Assembly: GCA_951406725.2 (NCBI GenBank)
Contig: OX597830.1
Location: 52,018,001 to 52,082,000 of the forward strand
Length of the DNA: 64,000 nt
Source of the DNA: Octopus vulgaris
Taxonomy: Eukaryota
Reading direction: 5' to 3'
Numbering within the stretch: the stretch's first letter is position 1; each line of letters opens with the position of its first letter. The notes below the pieces were generated by a model. It did not search any database. It saw nothing but the letters and a program-made list of their open reading frames with translations, and was not told the origin of the DNA. The position numbers and the translations under genes were made by a program. Shown piece by piece: positions 41,684 through 55,144 of this stretch.

Positions 41684-41796
41684 CTCTATACATAGAGATG
41701 TACTTATTCTGTCACCTGCGCTTGTCGAGCTATGTTGCGACAAGCCTACGAAACTTCATGATACATGACGCCCGAATCAAACTGTGTTTTTAAAAA

Positions 41797-41879
<83 letters not shown>

Positions 41880-41902
41880 TAATAATGAATACAAATATAT
41901 AC

Positions 41903-41933
<31 letters not shown>

Positions 41934-42049
41934 TACGTACTCGATAACTGCTAAAGATGAAACTCAAGGCCATTGTAATGACTTTGAAAACTCCCCAAGA
42001 AAAAAATTCTGTTCTCCTGAACACCACCGTGAGTGCGAGATAATTCATT

Positions 42050-42433
42050 TATTCTTTTATTCGCTTACTTTTTTCAGAAATTTGACTGCGGCCATGCTAG
42101 AGCACCACCTTTGGTCGAAGAAATCAACCCTCCAGGACTTATTCTTTGTAACACTGGTACTTATTCCATCGGTCGCTTTTGCCGAACCGCTAGGTTATGT
42201 GGACTTAAACACACCAGCATCAGTTGTCAAGTGATGGTTGGAGTGACAAACACACACACACACACACACACATATGTATACGATGGGCTTCTTTCAGTTT
42301 CCGTCTACCAAATCCTTTCACAAGGCTTTGCTCGGCCCGAGGCTATAGTAGAAGAGACTTGCCCAAGCTGCCACGCAGTGGAACTGAACCTGGAACCATG
42401 TGGTTGGGAAGCAAACTTCTTACCACACAGCCT
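42050..42433 (-). mobile_element. SINE family B copy
   Basis: Reverse complement of 9915-10320. More copies or fragments at ~785-990, 1040-1310, 1520-1640, 51860-52255 and 56595-56735. Confidence 0.85.
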
Positions 42434-42556
42434 GGAAAATATTTCATTAACATTGTCCAAACGGTGCAGATATACAAACGGTTCACAAGTAACCCAATGC
42501 TTGACTTGGACTCAGAACCAAATACCTCCTTAATAAATTTCACATCACATAACATA

Positions 42557-43200
42557 ATCGACTCTGCCTTTCATCCTTTCGGGGTCGATAAATTAAGTAC
42601 CAGTTACGCACTGGGGTCGATATAATCGACTTAATCCGTTTGTCTGTTCTTGTTTGTCCCTTCTGTGTTTAGCCCCTTGTGGGTAGTAAAGAAATAGGTA
42701 TTTCGTCTGCTGTTACGTTCTGAGTTCAAATTCCGCTGAGGTCGACTTTGCCATTCATTCTTCCGGGGTCGATTAAATAAGTACCAGTTACGCACTGGGG
42801 TCGATATAATTGACTTAATCCGCTTGTCTGTTCTTGGTTGTCCTCTCTGTATTTAGCCCCTTGTGGGTAGTAAAAAATAGATATTTCATCTACTGTTACG
42901 TTCTGAGTTCAAATTCCGCTGAGGTAGACTTTGCCTTTCATCCTTTCGGGGTTGATTAAATAAGTACCAGTTGCGCACTTAATCCGTCAGTCTGTCCTTG
43001 TTTGTCCTCCCTGTGTTTAGCCACTTGTGGGTAGTAAAGAAATAGGTATTTCTTCTAGTTTTTTAAAGTACCGAGGTCAACCTTACAGTTCCTCATTTCG
43101 GAACTGATAAAATAATTAATCTACCAGTCAAGTATTCGGGTCGGTGTAATTGATTTGCAAAATGTAGCGAAAATTAAGGACCTTCTGCCAAAAATTTGAA
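42557..43200 (+). mobile_element. SINE family A concatemer: three long-tail units (~165-185 bp) plus a diverged short-tail body
   Basis: Junction AAAGAAATA|GGTATTTC at ~42697 and ~43045; variant AAAAAATA|GATATTTC at ~42880. Confidence 0.9.
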
Positions 43201-43214
43201 AGAATTTTATGATT

Positions 43215-44370
43215 GAAATGGTGAACTGACAAAATTGTTAGCGTATCGGAAAAAAGTTTTGTAGAATTTCTTCTGCCTTTTTTCATTTCTGAGTTCAAAT
43301 ATCGCCGAGGTCAATTTTATCTTTCATCTTTTCGGTATCGATAAAATAACTGACCAGACGAATAATGGGGTTGATGTAATCAACGCACCCTCTTCTCCTA
43401 AAATTACAAGCCTGATACGAAATTTGAAGCCGTTGTTATTTATCATCCTTTTTTACATTCTACCAAGATCGGCTTTGCATTTTTCATCATTCCCTGATTG
43501 ATAGAAAAAGTATCAGTCATGTACCGGGAAGAACGTTCTATAACCCCCGGAACAAATAACTCCTGAAATATTCTAGTCCTTCTCTTTTTTTTTAAATAAA
43601 TTGGCTCTCATCATTTTGATAACGCAGAATTGTTGATATCAGAATACAAAGCAACTGTTTATCTAAAGTGTTAAGTAGCAGATATTAGTTACAGTCGTGT
43701 TAATGAATGCAATTAGCGGTTCACTACTTTGTTAATGAATGCAGTTAGCGATTCACTTCAGTTTACTTGTTAATTGAATGTAATGAGGCTGCTGCTATTA
43801 ACTTTATTAGTGAACAAATAAACAGTGATATGCTTTTTTATACTGGAAAATTATAATTACTTTTATTCGCTGGATTTGCGAAATCGATAAAGTGTAGGGC
43901 GGCCTTATAAATAGAGTGTAAACCCCGCTCTAATCAAATGTGCCTTTAATCTCTTCCGGGGATCGATAAAATACAGTACCAGTTAAAAACTGAAGTCGAG
44001 ATAATCGATACTTCCCCTCCGCCAACTTTTTGGCCAGATGCCTTAATCAGAAACAAAAGAGACGAACTGGAAGAACCATTATGGCATCGGAAAAAATGCC
44101 TTGCGGTATTCGTTTCGACTCTTCATGCTCCTATTTCAAATCCCGCCAAGGTTAACTTCGCTTTTTATCCTTAGGAGCGGTCTATAAAATAAATAACAGG
44201 CAAGTAATGGGGTTGATGTAATCTACTAACACCAACCCCTAAAATTGCTGGCATTGAGCTAGAATTTAAAACCAAAGGAGGCAAACTGGCAGAATCGTTA
44301 GCGCGTCGAACAAAATGCTTAGCATTTTCTTCTGGCAGATTAGGTTCTCATTTGAAATTCCGCGAAGCCG
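43215..44370 (+). mobile_element. Cluster of old, diverged SINE family A copies
   Basis: Repeated heads (GAACTGACAAAATTGTTAGCG, GAACTGGAAGAACC, AAACTGGCAGAATCGTTAGCG) and cores. Confidence 0.7.
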
Positions 44371-44385
44371 ATCAATGTCAACACC

Positions 44386-44700
44386 TACTCTGGTATTGAA
44401 TGAGGTATATGAGATTTCAAATATTGTGTGAGGATACGTGCGATCTACTTAAATACTGATTGGAGTACATGAGACATACTCTTGTATTAAATGGAGTAGG
44501 CGAGATGCGCTCTTATATTGAATGGAGCACATGAGAGATACTCTTGCATTGAGATTTACTCAAGTACTGAGTGGAGTGTACGAGATCTCTTGTATTGACT
44601 GAAGGATATGAGAGTGCAGTACAAGAGATCTACTCAAGTACTGAATGGAGTGTATGAGATTTTTCCTTCTGTTGAATGAAGTATACGAGATGTACTTGTG
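44386..44700. repeat. Degenerate ~31-bp minisatellite
   Basis: Units such as TACTCTTGTATTAAATGGAGTAGGCGAGATG and CGCTCTTATATTGAATGGAGCACATGAGAGA. Confidence 0.85.
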
Positions 44701-45025
44701 ACATCAATGAAAATTACTTTCCGTAAGAATCAGGTATGACGACATATTAATGATATGGCAGTGCTAGCGTTGGTGAATAATGGACCGGGTTATTTTCCAA
44801 AACTGTGACTAGGAAATATACGAGGAATGGAGGAAATGGTAAAAGCACAAGGACTGGGTTTTTCATCGCAGACAAAATCATCATCAGTTTACTTAAGTGA
44901 AGAAGGACTACCAAATTCCAACACAAGATTAATTTCAAACAATTTACGTGAAGGCAGCGAATTAAAGGTAGATAAATATTTCGACTCTTCAGTTTCACTT
45001 TCTTGTTGTTATGATGGTGGTGGTG

Positions 45026-45083
<58 letters not shown>

Positions 45084-47107
45084 AAGGCATGGCTGTGTAC
45101 GTGGCGGTAGCGGCGGCGGCTTATCATTAAGTCATCCCAAGTGGAAGAGAAGCTATAATCAAAACTATTTCAGCCTTAATGAGCTCGTCTTTGTAAAGAG
45201 GTCTCCAACTACGGGTTCACGCTTGGTTATCAATTAAGATGTTCGTTTTCGCCAATTACAGTGTTCCAGGTTTGATTTCATTACGTGGCACCTCAAACAT
45301 GAGTATTCTGCCAAAATCCTAGTTTAACTGTAACAATATGGCCGAAATTTTGTAGACGGAATCTGTCTAGAATTTCTGGAGGGTAGGCGTCTTTGTGGTT
45401 TGATGGTGGAACTAAACAATTACCCAATTAAAATACCTCATCTGGCCCCGGAAATGGGGTTATTTTACTAATGTTCACACTGTTGCAAATCAGTTCTGGT
45501 TTGAAGATGACTTCTCTTCCCATCAAAGTCAGGATTCCTGAACCAGGACCTCCATTGATACCCTTCCTTCAACTAAAAGTAGTCAACTAAAAGAGTTCTG
45601 TTGTTCTCATTTCTCAGAAGATAGGCTATGATATCTGCGACTGTCAGAATTTATGATTCTATGCATACATTCTCACCGCATTTTTTCAGTAGAATTGTTC
45701 ATGCAAAGTCGTCCTCGGTAGAATCTGAGCCCGAAACGTAAAGAACGGAAAAGAAGGCCGCTAAGTATTCTGTCCAAAGTGGTAACGATTTTCCAGCTCG
45801 TTACATTAATAATAATAATTCTTTCTACTATTACCACAAGGCTTAAAGTTTGGCGGGAGGGTGCTAGTCGATCGCATTGATCCGTGTTGTCCAACTGGTA
45901 CTTATTTCATCAGCCCCGAAATAATAAAGGGCAAAGTCAACTTCGGCATCGTTGGAGCTCAAAAAGAAAGACGAGGTAATTGGTGCACTTGGCACAAAAA
46001 CCCAAACTGCTACTTTAGAGACTGAGGAGTACTGAAATTCAGACACATATTGCTAACATAAATGCCGATTTTCTGAAGGTTACGATCAAAGAAGCGTGTG
46101 TCGACGTAGATCTTATCATTTGGATAGCAGGCTGGGCAGTGAGCCCGTTTTGGTTCGGTGCTGGTGCCAGCAGCAGCATCTCCCCAAATGATGGTTTTGT
46201 CGGTGCCGTTGAGGTCACACTGGAGGCGGTGCTAGAAAAATGGCTATTGGCAGCAATGATGGTGATGGTGGTTTTCGATGGTATTAAATGTTGTGGTACT
46301 AGTTGGTGATGGCGATGTCTACATCGGTGCTGTTAGTGACTTTCATAAATGCCGTGATAGTAGTTAGCATCGCCGACTAATATGTCACTAACAGCAACAT
46401 AATTTAGTTGACAGTGAATTGAAAGTTTCGCTTTGGAAGTTAGTCTTCATCGAAAGTTCGAAGTCAGTGTCAAATTTTTCTTATGTGTATTCAGTCCTTT
46501 TCGGTTAATACACATACATAGAAACATATATCTCATATATATCAAGTGGAATATAATAACATATAACTTGAATACACTTTATCCAGCTGTTGACGTCGTT
46601 CTCCAGTTTTACCTCAGCTTCAACTCAATACACATATGAACAAAAATGCTCAAGTCGTGGGCACCCCATGTTATTTTTTTATTTTCAGATAAATTGCATC
46701 ACGTAGTAAATTAGCTAATACCTCTTCCTTTAAAGATTAGATAATTATAATGATTTGCAAGTGATTTAGCTACTATTTCTATCATACCGTGTAGATAGTG
46801 CAAGGATTACACCATTATGGTAATACAAGAATGTTGACAATGTTTTTCTGCTCCAAGCTCTATGGTTTTCATGTTATGTCTGTTGATTTTAATGAAATCA
46901 CTTAACATTTTAAAATCACTTAAAATCGAACAAAGACGCTTTTTTTTCAAATCGAGCATAAATTATTATGAATAACTTTTTGTTTTAAAATCTTTTCTGT
47001 GTTTTCTCTTTTTCATTTCATTCTATTATATGTTTATTAAAATTTATTTTGAAGAATATTTGTGTTGATAAATAGCAATCTTTCATTAGTTAGTTTGTCT
47101 TTACATA

Positions 47108-47194
47108 GTTGGTTTAGCCGAGTGGGTAAGTCACTGGATTGGACTCTCACTCCCATGAGATGCTGTAGAACATGTTTGAATCCTGTTCACACCG
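47108..47194 (+). pseudogene. Decayed tRNA-Ser/Leu-like (long variable arm) pseudogene
   Basis: A-box TAGCCGAGTGG-GTAAG, T-arm AACAT-GTTTGAATC-CTGTT, 3' end TCACACCG. Acceptor and anticodon stems do not pair. Confidence 0.5.
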
Positions 47195-47209
47195 ACCAAT
47201 GATAGACAG

Positions 47210-47840
47210 GGATTTAGCTGAATCTTTAGAGCGTCGGGCCAAATATTTAGTTACTCCTCTTAACAACCGGAGTTCGAATTTTGCCGAAGTCCACTTTATA
47301 TTTCATTTATCTCCAGTTGATGACTTACAATTCAAGTGATGTACTGGGATCGATATCATTGCAAGCTCCCGCTCTTATGGTCTTGTTCTTGTGTTGGTTA
47401 ACAATATTTTATCTCTTGTTAAGGTGGTAAGCTGGCAGAATTGTTAGCACGCCGGGCAAAATGCTTAGCGCCATTTCGTCCGTCCTTGCGCTTTGAGTTC
47501 AAATTATGCCGGAGTCGACCTCTTCCGGGGTCGATAAAATAAGTATTAAAGTACTGGCGTCAATGTAAACGACTTGCCCCGTCCCCCGAACTTGCTGGCT
47601 TAGTGTCCAAAATCTAAAACAAATATTTTATCTGCTGTTAAGGCAGTGAGATGGCAGAATCGTTAGCGCGCCTAGCGAAATGCGTAGGAGCATTTCTTCC
47701 GCCTCTGTGTTCTAAGTTCAAACTTAGCCTTTCATCTTTTGGGGGTCGATTAAATAAGCTCCACCTGAACACTGGGATCTACGTAATCGACTTAATCCTC
47801 ATCCGAAATTTCTGGCCTTGTGGCAAAATTTGAAAGAAGG
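47210..47840 (+). mobile_element. Three tandem SINE family A copies
   Basis: Heads at ~47215, 47421 and 47640, each copy followed by a similar ~17-bp spacer. Confidence 0.8.
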
Positions 47841-48763
47841 AATTATATCTGTTGTTTATCTCGAAGTTAATCCACACCAAACATAAAATCCTGCCTATAC
47901 GCAAGAATGTTATTGTCCATGTCCACAATATGGAGGCATTTCAGAGAGATTTGGTTGGCATTTCTAGCAGATACAGTGACATATAGAAGACTCAAGGAAT
48001 CAATATATTTGTACAACAGTGGAGTAACAGAAACGATACGATTTCAAATACAGAGGAGGTCAGATTTGCTTTTCTTTCGTTCCTTTATCGAGACATAGAA
48101 TATCGGTAAATTACAGAGATTCGATACAATTGGGTGCCTTTGGAAGACGTTGTGGCAAGGAGATAGATGACGACCTTGAGCCATTTCAGGGACCTTGTGA
48201 TTGGCGGCAGGAACTGAACTCTGGCCTAAGATCTGACTCGAATACTCGAATACTTGACAAAAGACAGTATTCCGGTACAAGCATTCCACGGTCACGTTGT
48301 TCAACCGGGTGTCATTTCATGGCCTCCACTCAAAGATTACACGGTAGCATTATAAATTTTTGACATTTAGCCAAAGTAATAAATCGATATTTTGTCTATA
48401 AAAAATTACGTTGTTGTTTCTTTGGACACTTCACAATATTTGGAGATTTTTAACAATAAAATTTTCATAAATTTTGACATTTTGAAATACATTTTAGTGA
48501 TTTAAATTCATCAAAAACATCATTTACTTCTTTTTCTAAACCGCGAGATGATATTTAGCGAATTAATTACTGATACACTGTGTTTGTAAATATGTTTATA
48601 AATAAATAAAGTGCCCGTTTAAATAAACACGGATGTAGCTTGACCGTTATAATTATATAAAAACTTGTTGAATAACTATGGTTTCTCTGCAATATAGACT
48701 GATAAATAGTAATATTATTTAGAATGAATTGTATATAATTCAGTATCAGTTTCTAGTGAATAT

Positions 48764-48827
<64 letters not shown>

Positions 48828-49791
48828 CACACATACACATGTGTGTGCTTGTCTGTCTGTGTCTTTGTTCGTGTATAATATTTTTTTCAGCAGAATAGCG
48901 AGGGTGGATTAACGGTTGAAGGCTTTCGTCGATGGAGCTTATAAAACTTATCAAAGCTTGGTAAGTGACATGAACGAAAATCTTGACCACTGAGACGTAT
49001 ATGAAACTCTCTGTCAATTAATGCGTGTGTATGTGTGCGTGTGCTTATATATATATATATACACACACATATATCAAGTCTATATATCTATATATTGAGT
49101 TCTATATCTCTTGTTTGTTCTGCCAAGTGTGCATGTTTGTGTATGTGCATATATGAGATTACGTATGTGTTATGCATATATTGTTATATATTCATATGTG
49201 TGTATGCAATATATATATGTACATCTCTGTATATAAACACACATATAAATGTCCAAACATGTATGCCTGTGTATGTATATATATACAAACTATACGCACA
49301 CGCACAACTCTTTCGTTTCTGCTTTGCATAACCCTGGATACTAAATTCCTGAAAGTAAAGTCTATCCATGTTCTATAAAGATTTTCCCACTTGAGCTCAG
49401 TTTTTTTCGTATGTCTGTCTGTGTGTATGTCTGTATGTATGTCAAAGGATCAAAGGTCCTTCTCGTGTCATAGTCTCATAAGGCCGCTTTTTTTCGTATA
49501 TATTCCATCACTGCTCTGAAGGGAATACCATATCATCGCACGTTTGCTCGTTTGCCATCGGAATGGACTGGAGCAACGCGAAATGAAGTGCTTCGCTGAA
49601 GAACACAACACATCGCCCACTCCAGCTATCGAAACAATGGTCTTATGATCATGAGTGCAACACTCTAACCACTAAGGCACATGTTTCTACATACGTGTAT
49701 GCATGCATACATCCATCTGAAATACAAATATGCATACTTAATTACGTTTCTTGATTCATACAGCCAAAATATTGACGTATATACATATATG

Positions 49792-49871
<80 letters not shown>

Positions 49872-50022
49872 CATATATACATACATACATACATACATAC
49901 ATACATACATACATACATACATACATACATACATACATACATACATACATACATACATACATACAGAAACATTGTGAGTGCAACTGTTATAAAAAATTCG
50001 CATTCATTAATGTCACTACCTC

Positions 50023-50435
50023 AAGGCGGCGAGCTGGCAGAAACGTTAGCACGCTTGGCGAAATGCTTAGCGGTATTTCGTCTGCCGTTACGTTCTGAGT
50101 TCAAATTCCGCCGAGGTCGATTTTGCCTTTCATCCTTTCGGGGTCGATAAATTAAGTACCAATTACGCACTGGGTTCGATCGAAACGACTTAATCTTTTC
50201 CCCCAAATTTCAGATTTTGTGCCAAGAGTATAAAGGATTAATTATGCCACCATCTTAAGGCATCGACCTAGCAAAATCGTTAGCACGCTGGGAGAAATGC
50301 TAAGCAGCATACCGAGGTCGACTTTGCCTTACATCCTTTCGGGGTCGATAAATTAAGTACCAGGTGCGTACTGGGAGCAATCTAATTGACTAATTCCCTC
50401 CCCAAAATTCAGGATTGTGCCTTGAGTAGAAAGGC
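50023..50435 (+). mobile_element. Two tandem SINE family A copies (first near consensus)
   Basis: AAGGCGGCGAGCTGGCAGAAACGTTAGCACG..GAGTTCAAATTCCGCCGAGG..; both copies followed by TTAATTATGCCA(C/T)CATC. Confidence 0.88.
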
Positions 50436-50555
50436 TTAATTATGCCATCATCCTTGCATTCAAAAGTTGCCGGGCATGTTCAATCAAATACATACGTATT
50501 TTCCTACTTCAAAATAGTTTTAAATTAATACACACAGGCACACACACACATACGC

Positions 50556-50647
<92 letters not shown>

Positions 50648-50809
50648 GAATAACTACAAATGATTTCTTCAAATTGTATATTTCTCTGCAGCTGAAGTAA
50701 ACTGATGTAATATTTGCATTGTTCAATTAAATGGAGTCGCATGAAACGATGGTACTGCATTACCTTTGGATATCCTTGTTGCTTATTTTGGTTATATATA
50801 TATATAAAC

Positions 50810-51608
50810 ACTGGCACTTCATTTTAACAGGTATATTTACCAAACTTTCATACAACATCCTGAAATACTAAAGAGTAATTTTATTCAATAAAATGCCATT
50901 GGTCTAAAGACGACTTCGGAATCTCCCTGCAACTCTTCTGGACGGTCTCCTTGTTTAAGTAGGTGAATGCTGCCATAGTTTTTGCCTTCAGCTCATCTTT
51001 GGTGTTATAAGGAGTTTTGTTAGTCTCTCGCTCGACACATAATAATCAAGGGGTTTGCAGTCTGGTGAGTTAGGTGGACAGATGTTGGGAGTGATGTGGT
51101 CGCAGAAATTGTCTGACAACCATGACTGGGTTCTCCAGCTTGTGTAGCATGGTGCAGAGTCCTGTTGCCAGATATAGGGTCTTCCAGCTGCCACGCTCTT
51201 GACCCAATGCAGCACTACTTCCTCAAGGCACTTGATGTAGGCCTCTCTGTTGAATGTGAGGCCGTATGAGAAGATGATTGGAGGCATAACGTCACCATCA
51301 CTAGTGATCACACCAAACACCATGATGTTAACTGGATATTTGATTTTTATCACACTCGGTACATGTCCTCAGATTGAGACCCAAACACTCTGAAATGTTC
51401 GTATTGAAGCTTCCGGTGCTAATGCCAAGCAGTACAGCCTGCCGTTTCCAAATTTCTGGCAGACTGAATTGTGTCATAGTGGAGTTTATCTCACAGTCGA
51501 TGCCTAACACACCCTATTATACTGTGTAGTTGATAAAATCAAAAACAAACAATGCACATGCGCGAAATTTAAAATATAAAATGGCGACAATTTCCCCATC
51601 GCACAGTG
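50810..51608 (-). mobile_element. Internally deleted DD37D (maT) element
   Basis: ORF 50988-51353 MVFGVITSDG..WQQDSAPC..PPNSPDCKPLD (D-37-D); ORF 51328-51510 carries the N-terminal HTH remnant. Confidence 0.9.
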
Positions 51609-51699
<91 letters not shown>

Positions 51700-52026
51700 T
51701 GTATGTATGTATGTATGTATGTATATGACAATTAGCATCGTTTTATGTATATTGAATTTCTTTTTATTCTAATCATCTTTTAGTTACTTTTTCTTTATCT
51801 TTAATTTTATATATTTTACTTTTTTTCCGCATTGAACTGAGGTTATGCACCGCCTTACAGAGTTTTACACAAACAAATAGACAATACTTGTATTTATTCT
51901 GTCAAACTCTGTTGTCAAACCACTACATTAAAGGGATGTAAACAAACCAACAATATTTGTAAAGTGAGATGGAAACAAACTCAGACGAAAAAGTTTAGAC
52001 CCTAACACACACACACAAACACACAA

Positions 52027-52057
<31 letters not shown>

Positions 52058-53002
52058 AACACACACACACTGAAGCACACACACACACACACATATATGA
52101 CTGGCGGCCATGCAGTTTCATATATAAAGTCACTCAGAAAGCATTGGTCAGCTTGGAGCTATAGAACAAAACGTTTGCTCAAGGTCTCAATACTGGGACT
52201 GAACCCGAAACGAAGTGGTTGCAAGGCAAGCTTCTTAACCACACAGCCACACCTTCAATTAACTTGAATTTAATTATATATTTGACACTGAGAGAAGGTG
52301 ATTGGTAGAGTTGGTCGAGAGAAAAATCTGAATGAGTAACAGTATTTATTAATTAGGTAATTGGTAGCAAATATAGTATTTGATTGTAAAAATAGGAGTC
52401 AGTCCAATCGAATGAGTACAGCGTGGACGGCGATGGAAATGAGGGATCGTTTGAATTGATTGTAGATATGTGACTGTTCAACATCGTTTTTGAAGACATA
52501 CTCCACCCACAGGAAGACATGTAAGAAATAGGGTCCACTTCGAGCGAAAATGCAGAGGGTTTGGTGGGGAATAATAATTAACGTACCTTTACGTTATGGG
52601 TTCTAAACCCTCGTCAAACTGGACTACGATCAAACGCGCTCCAGCCATGGTCAACCAGTCGTCTTGTATATCTATGTTTCGAATCCCAACAAGACGGCGC
52701 TTTGGATCACATTACTCTAATGTACTCAGCTGAAAGGGAGTACCACCTTATTTTTAGGCTGTTATATCGTTGATATTCCATTGGATCAAGGGTAAGTGGA
52801 CCGGGAAAGAGTTTATGTCCTCCCTCAACTAAATCTATTAGCGAGATACGTTTTCACCATAGTATACTCACTAGCGAGCAACGGCTATGTTTTATGTATG
52901 TATGTATGCATGTATGTATGTATGTATGTATGTATGTATGTATGTATGTATGTATGTATGTATGTATGTATGTATGTATGAGATAATATATGCATAAACT
53001 AA

Positions 53003-53498
53003 AAGCAGTGAGCTGGCAGGAGCGTTAGCACGCCGAGTAAAACATGCGTAACAGCATTTTATCCACCTTCATGTTCTGAGTTCACATTCCACCGAGGTCG
53101 ACTTTGCTTTCATCCTTTTGACGTCCATAAAATAAGTGCCAGTTGAACAGTAAGGTCAACGTAATCGACTTAAACTAAGCTGCTGGCCTCGTGCCAAAAT
53201 TTGAAAACACCCATATGCAGAAACATAAATTATATATATATATAAGCATAAATTATATATTCATATAAGGCAGCGAGCTGGCAGAGGCGTTAGCACGCCG
53301 GCCGAAATGCTAGGCGGTATTTCGTCTGCCGCTACGTTCTGAGTTCAAATCCCGCCGAGGTCGACATTGCCTTTCATCCTTTCGGGGTCGATAAATTAAG
53401 TACCAGCTACGCACTGGGGTCGATGTAATCGACTTAATCCGTTTGTCTGTCCTTGTTTGTCCCCTCTGCGTTTAGCCTCTTGTGGGTAGTAAAGAAAT
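53003..53498 (+). mobile_element. Two SINE family A copies (short tail 53003-53210; single long tail 53268-53498)
   Basis: Consensus head and core; second copy ends GGGTAGTAAAGAAATA. Confidence 0.87.
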
Positions 53499-53626
53499 AT
53501 ATATTTATATATACATATACATAAATATGAGATAATATACCCATAAGCATAATTATTATTGCATATATATATATCATATATGAGATAATACATACATATG
53601 CATAAATATTGTATATATATATATAT

Positions 53627-53664
<38 letters not shown>

Positions 53665-54077
53665 TGCTTCATGTACATTCATATGTTTTTTAGCGTAACT
53701 GGAATACTATGAGAAAAACTCTAGCAACATATGATTTAACATTTGTGCTATACACACGTGTAAACGGGTAGACACATGCACATATATGCATGTGCAGGTG
53801 AAACTGTAAACACCTACAAAAAACAATGGCATTCAGGCACGTATATACATGTGTACATACACACATACATGCATACATAAGTACATAACACCTATGCATA
53901 CAGACAAGGACACAGCTACGTACTTCCACTTATATTTATGTGTGCAAGCTATGTCAGAAATAATTCAATGTGGAAGAGCCTTTCAAAGAATCACGTTCTA
54001 TGTTAATTAATAATAATTAACATGTGCACACATATACATACATACACACACACACAAACATATATATATACATACAT

Positions 54078-54167
<90 letters not shown>

Positions 54168-54168
54168 G

Positions 54169-54200
<32 letters not shown>

Positions 54201-54472
54201 CATCATCATCATCATCGTTTAGCGTTCGCTTTCCAATACACACACACACACACACTCACACACATATACACACACACAAAAGTGTAGATACCTACGCCTA
54301 CTCAAATCAAAGCCAGTAACTTCTAATTTATATTAAAAATTCACCCTTTTCTTATATTCTTTCATATTTTAAAAATAGGATTCGATTAATTATACAAACT
54401 TCACCCTTCATCTCTGATGAGTGGAAGTACTGCGTGTATATATATGTATATATATATATATATATGTATGTA

Positions 54473-54548
<76 letters not shown>

Positions 54549-54717
54549 TGTATGTATGTATGCACACATATAAATATATAGAGAGAGGGCCCAGAGATGA
54601 GATCCAGAAATGTTCAGTATAGAAAACTTTTACTTGCGCTCAAATGAGTTGAACTTACACTACGGAATCTGTGTCTTTGTACACTGAAAGATTGCTCTAT
54701 TATATAAATATCTATTG

Positions 54718-55112
54718 AAGGCGGCGAGCTGGCAGAATCGTTAGCACGCCGGGCGAAATACTTAGCGGCATTTCGTCTGCCTCCACGCTCTGAGTTCAAA
54801 TTCCGCCGAGTTCGACTTTGCTTTCATCATTTCGGGGACGATTAAATAAGTACCAGTTGCGCACTGGAGTTGATGTAATCGATTTAATCCGTTTGTCTGT
54901 CCTTGTTTGTCCCCTCTGTGTTTAGCCCCTTGTGGGTAGTAAAGAAATAGGTATTTCGTTTACCACTACGTTCTAAGTTCAAATTCCGCCGAGATCGACT
55001 TTGCCTTTCATCATTTCGGGGTTGATAAATTAAGTAACAGTGGCGTACTGGGGTCGATCTAATCGACTGGCCGACTCCCCAAAAATTTCGAGCCTTGTGT
55101 CCAGAGTAGAAA
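54718..55112 (+). mobile_element. SINE family A with duplicated body (long-tail unit plus short-tail unit)
   Basis: Junction AAAGAAATA|GGTATTTCG at ~54950. Confidence 0.9.
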
Positions 55113-55144
55113 TGAACAAATATATAAACATCTGTATTTTTATA

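Noticed and set aside
44386-44700. CRISPR-like appearance of the ~31-bp repeats
   Set aside because: Units are contiguous and degenerate with no unique spacers, there are no cas genes, and the context is eukaryotic.
50023-50115. SINE heads as functional tRNA genes
   Set aside because: A/B-box-like motifs are present, but there is no cloverleaf and each head runs into a SINE body.
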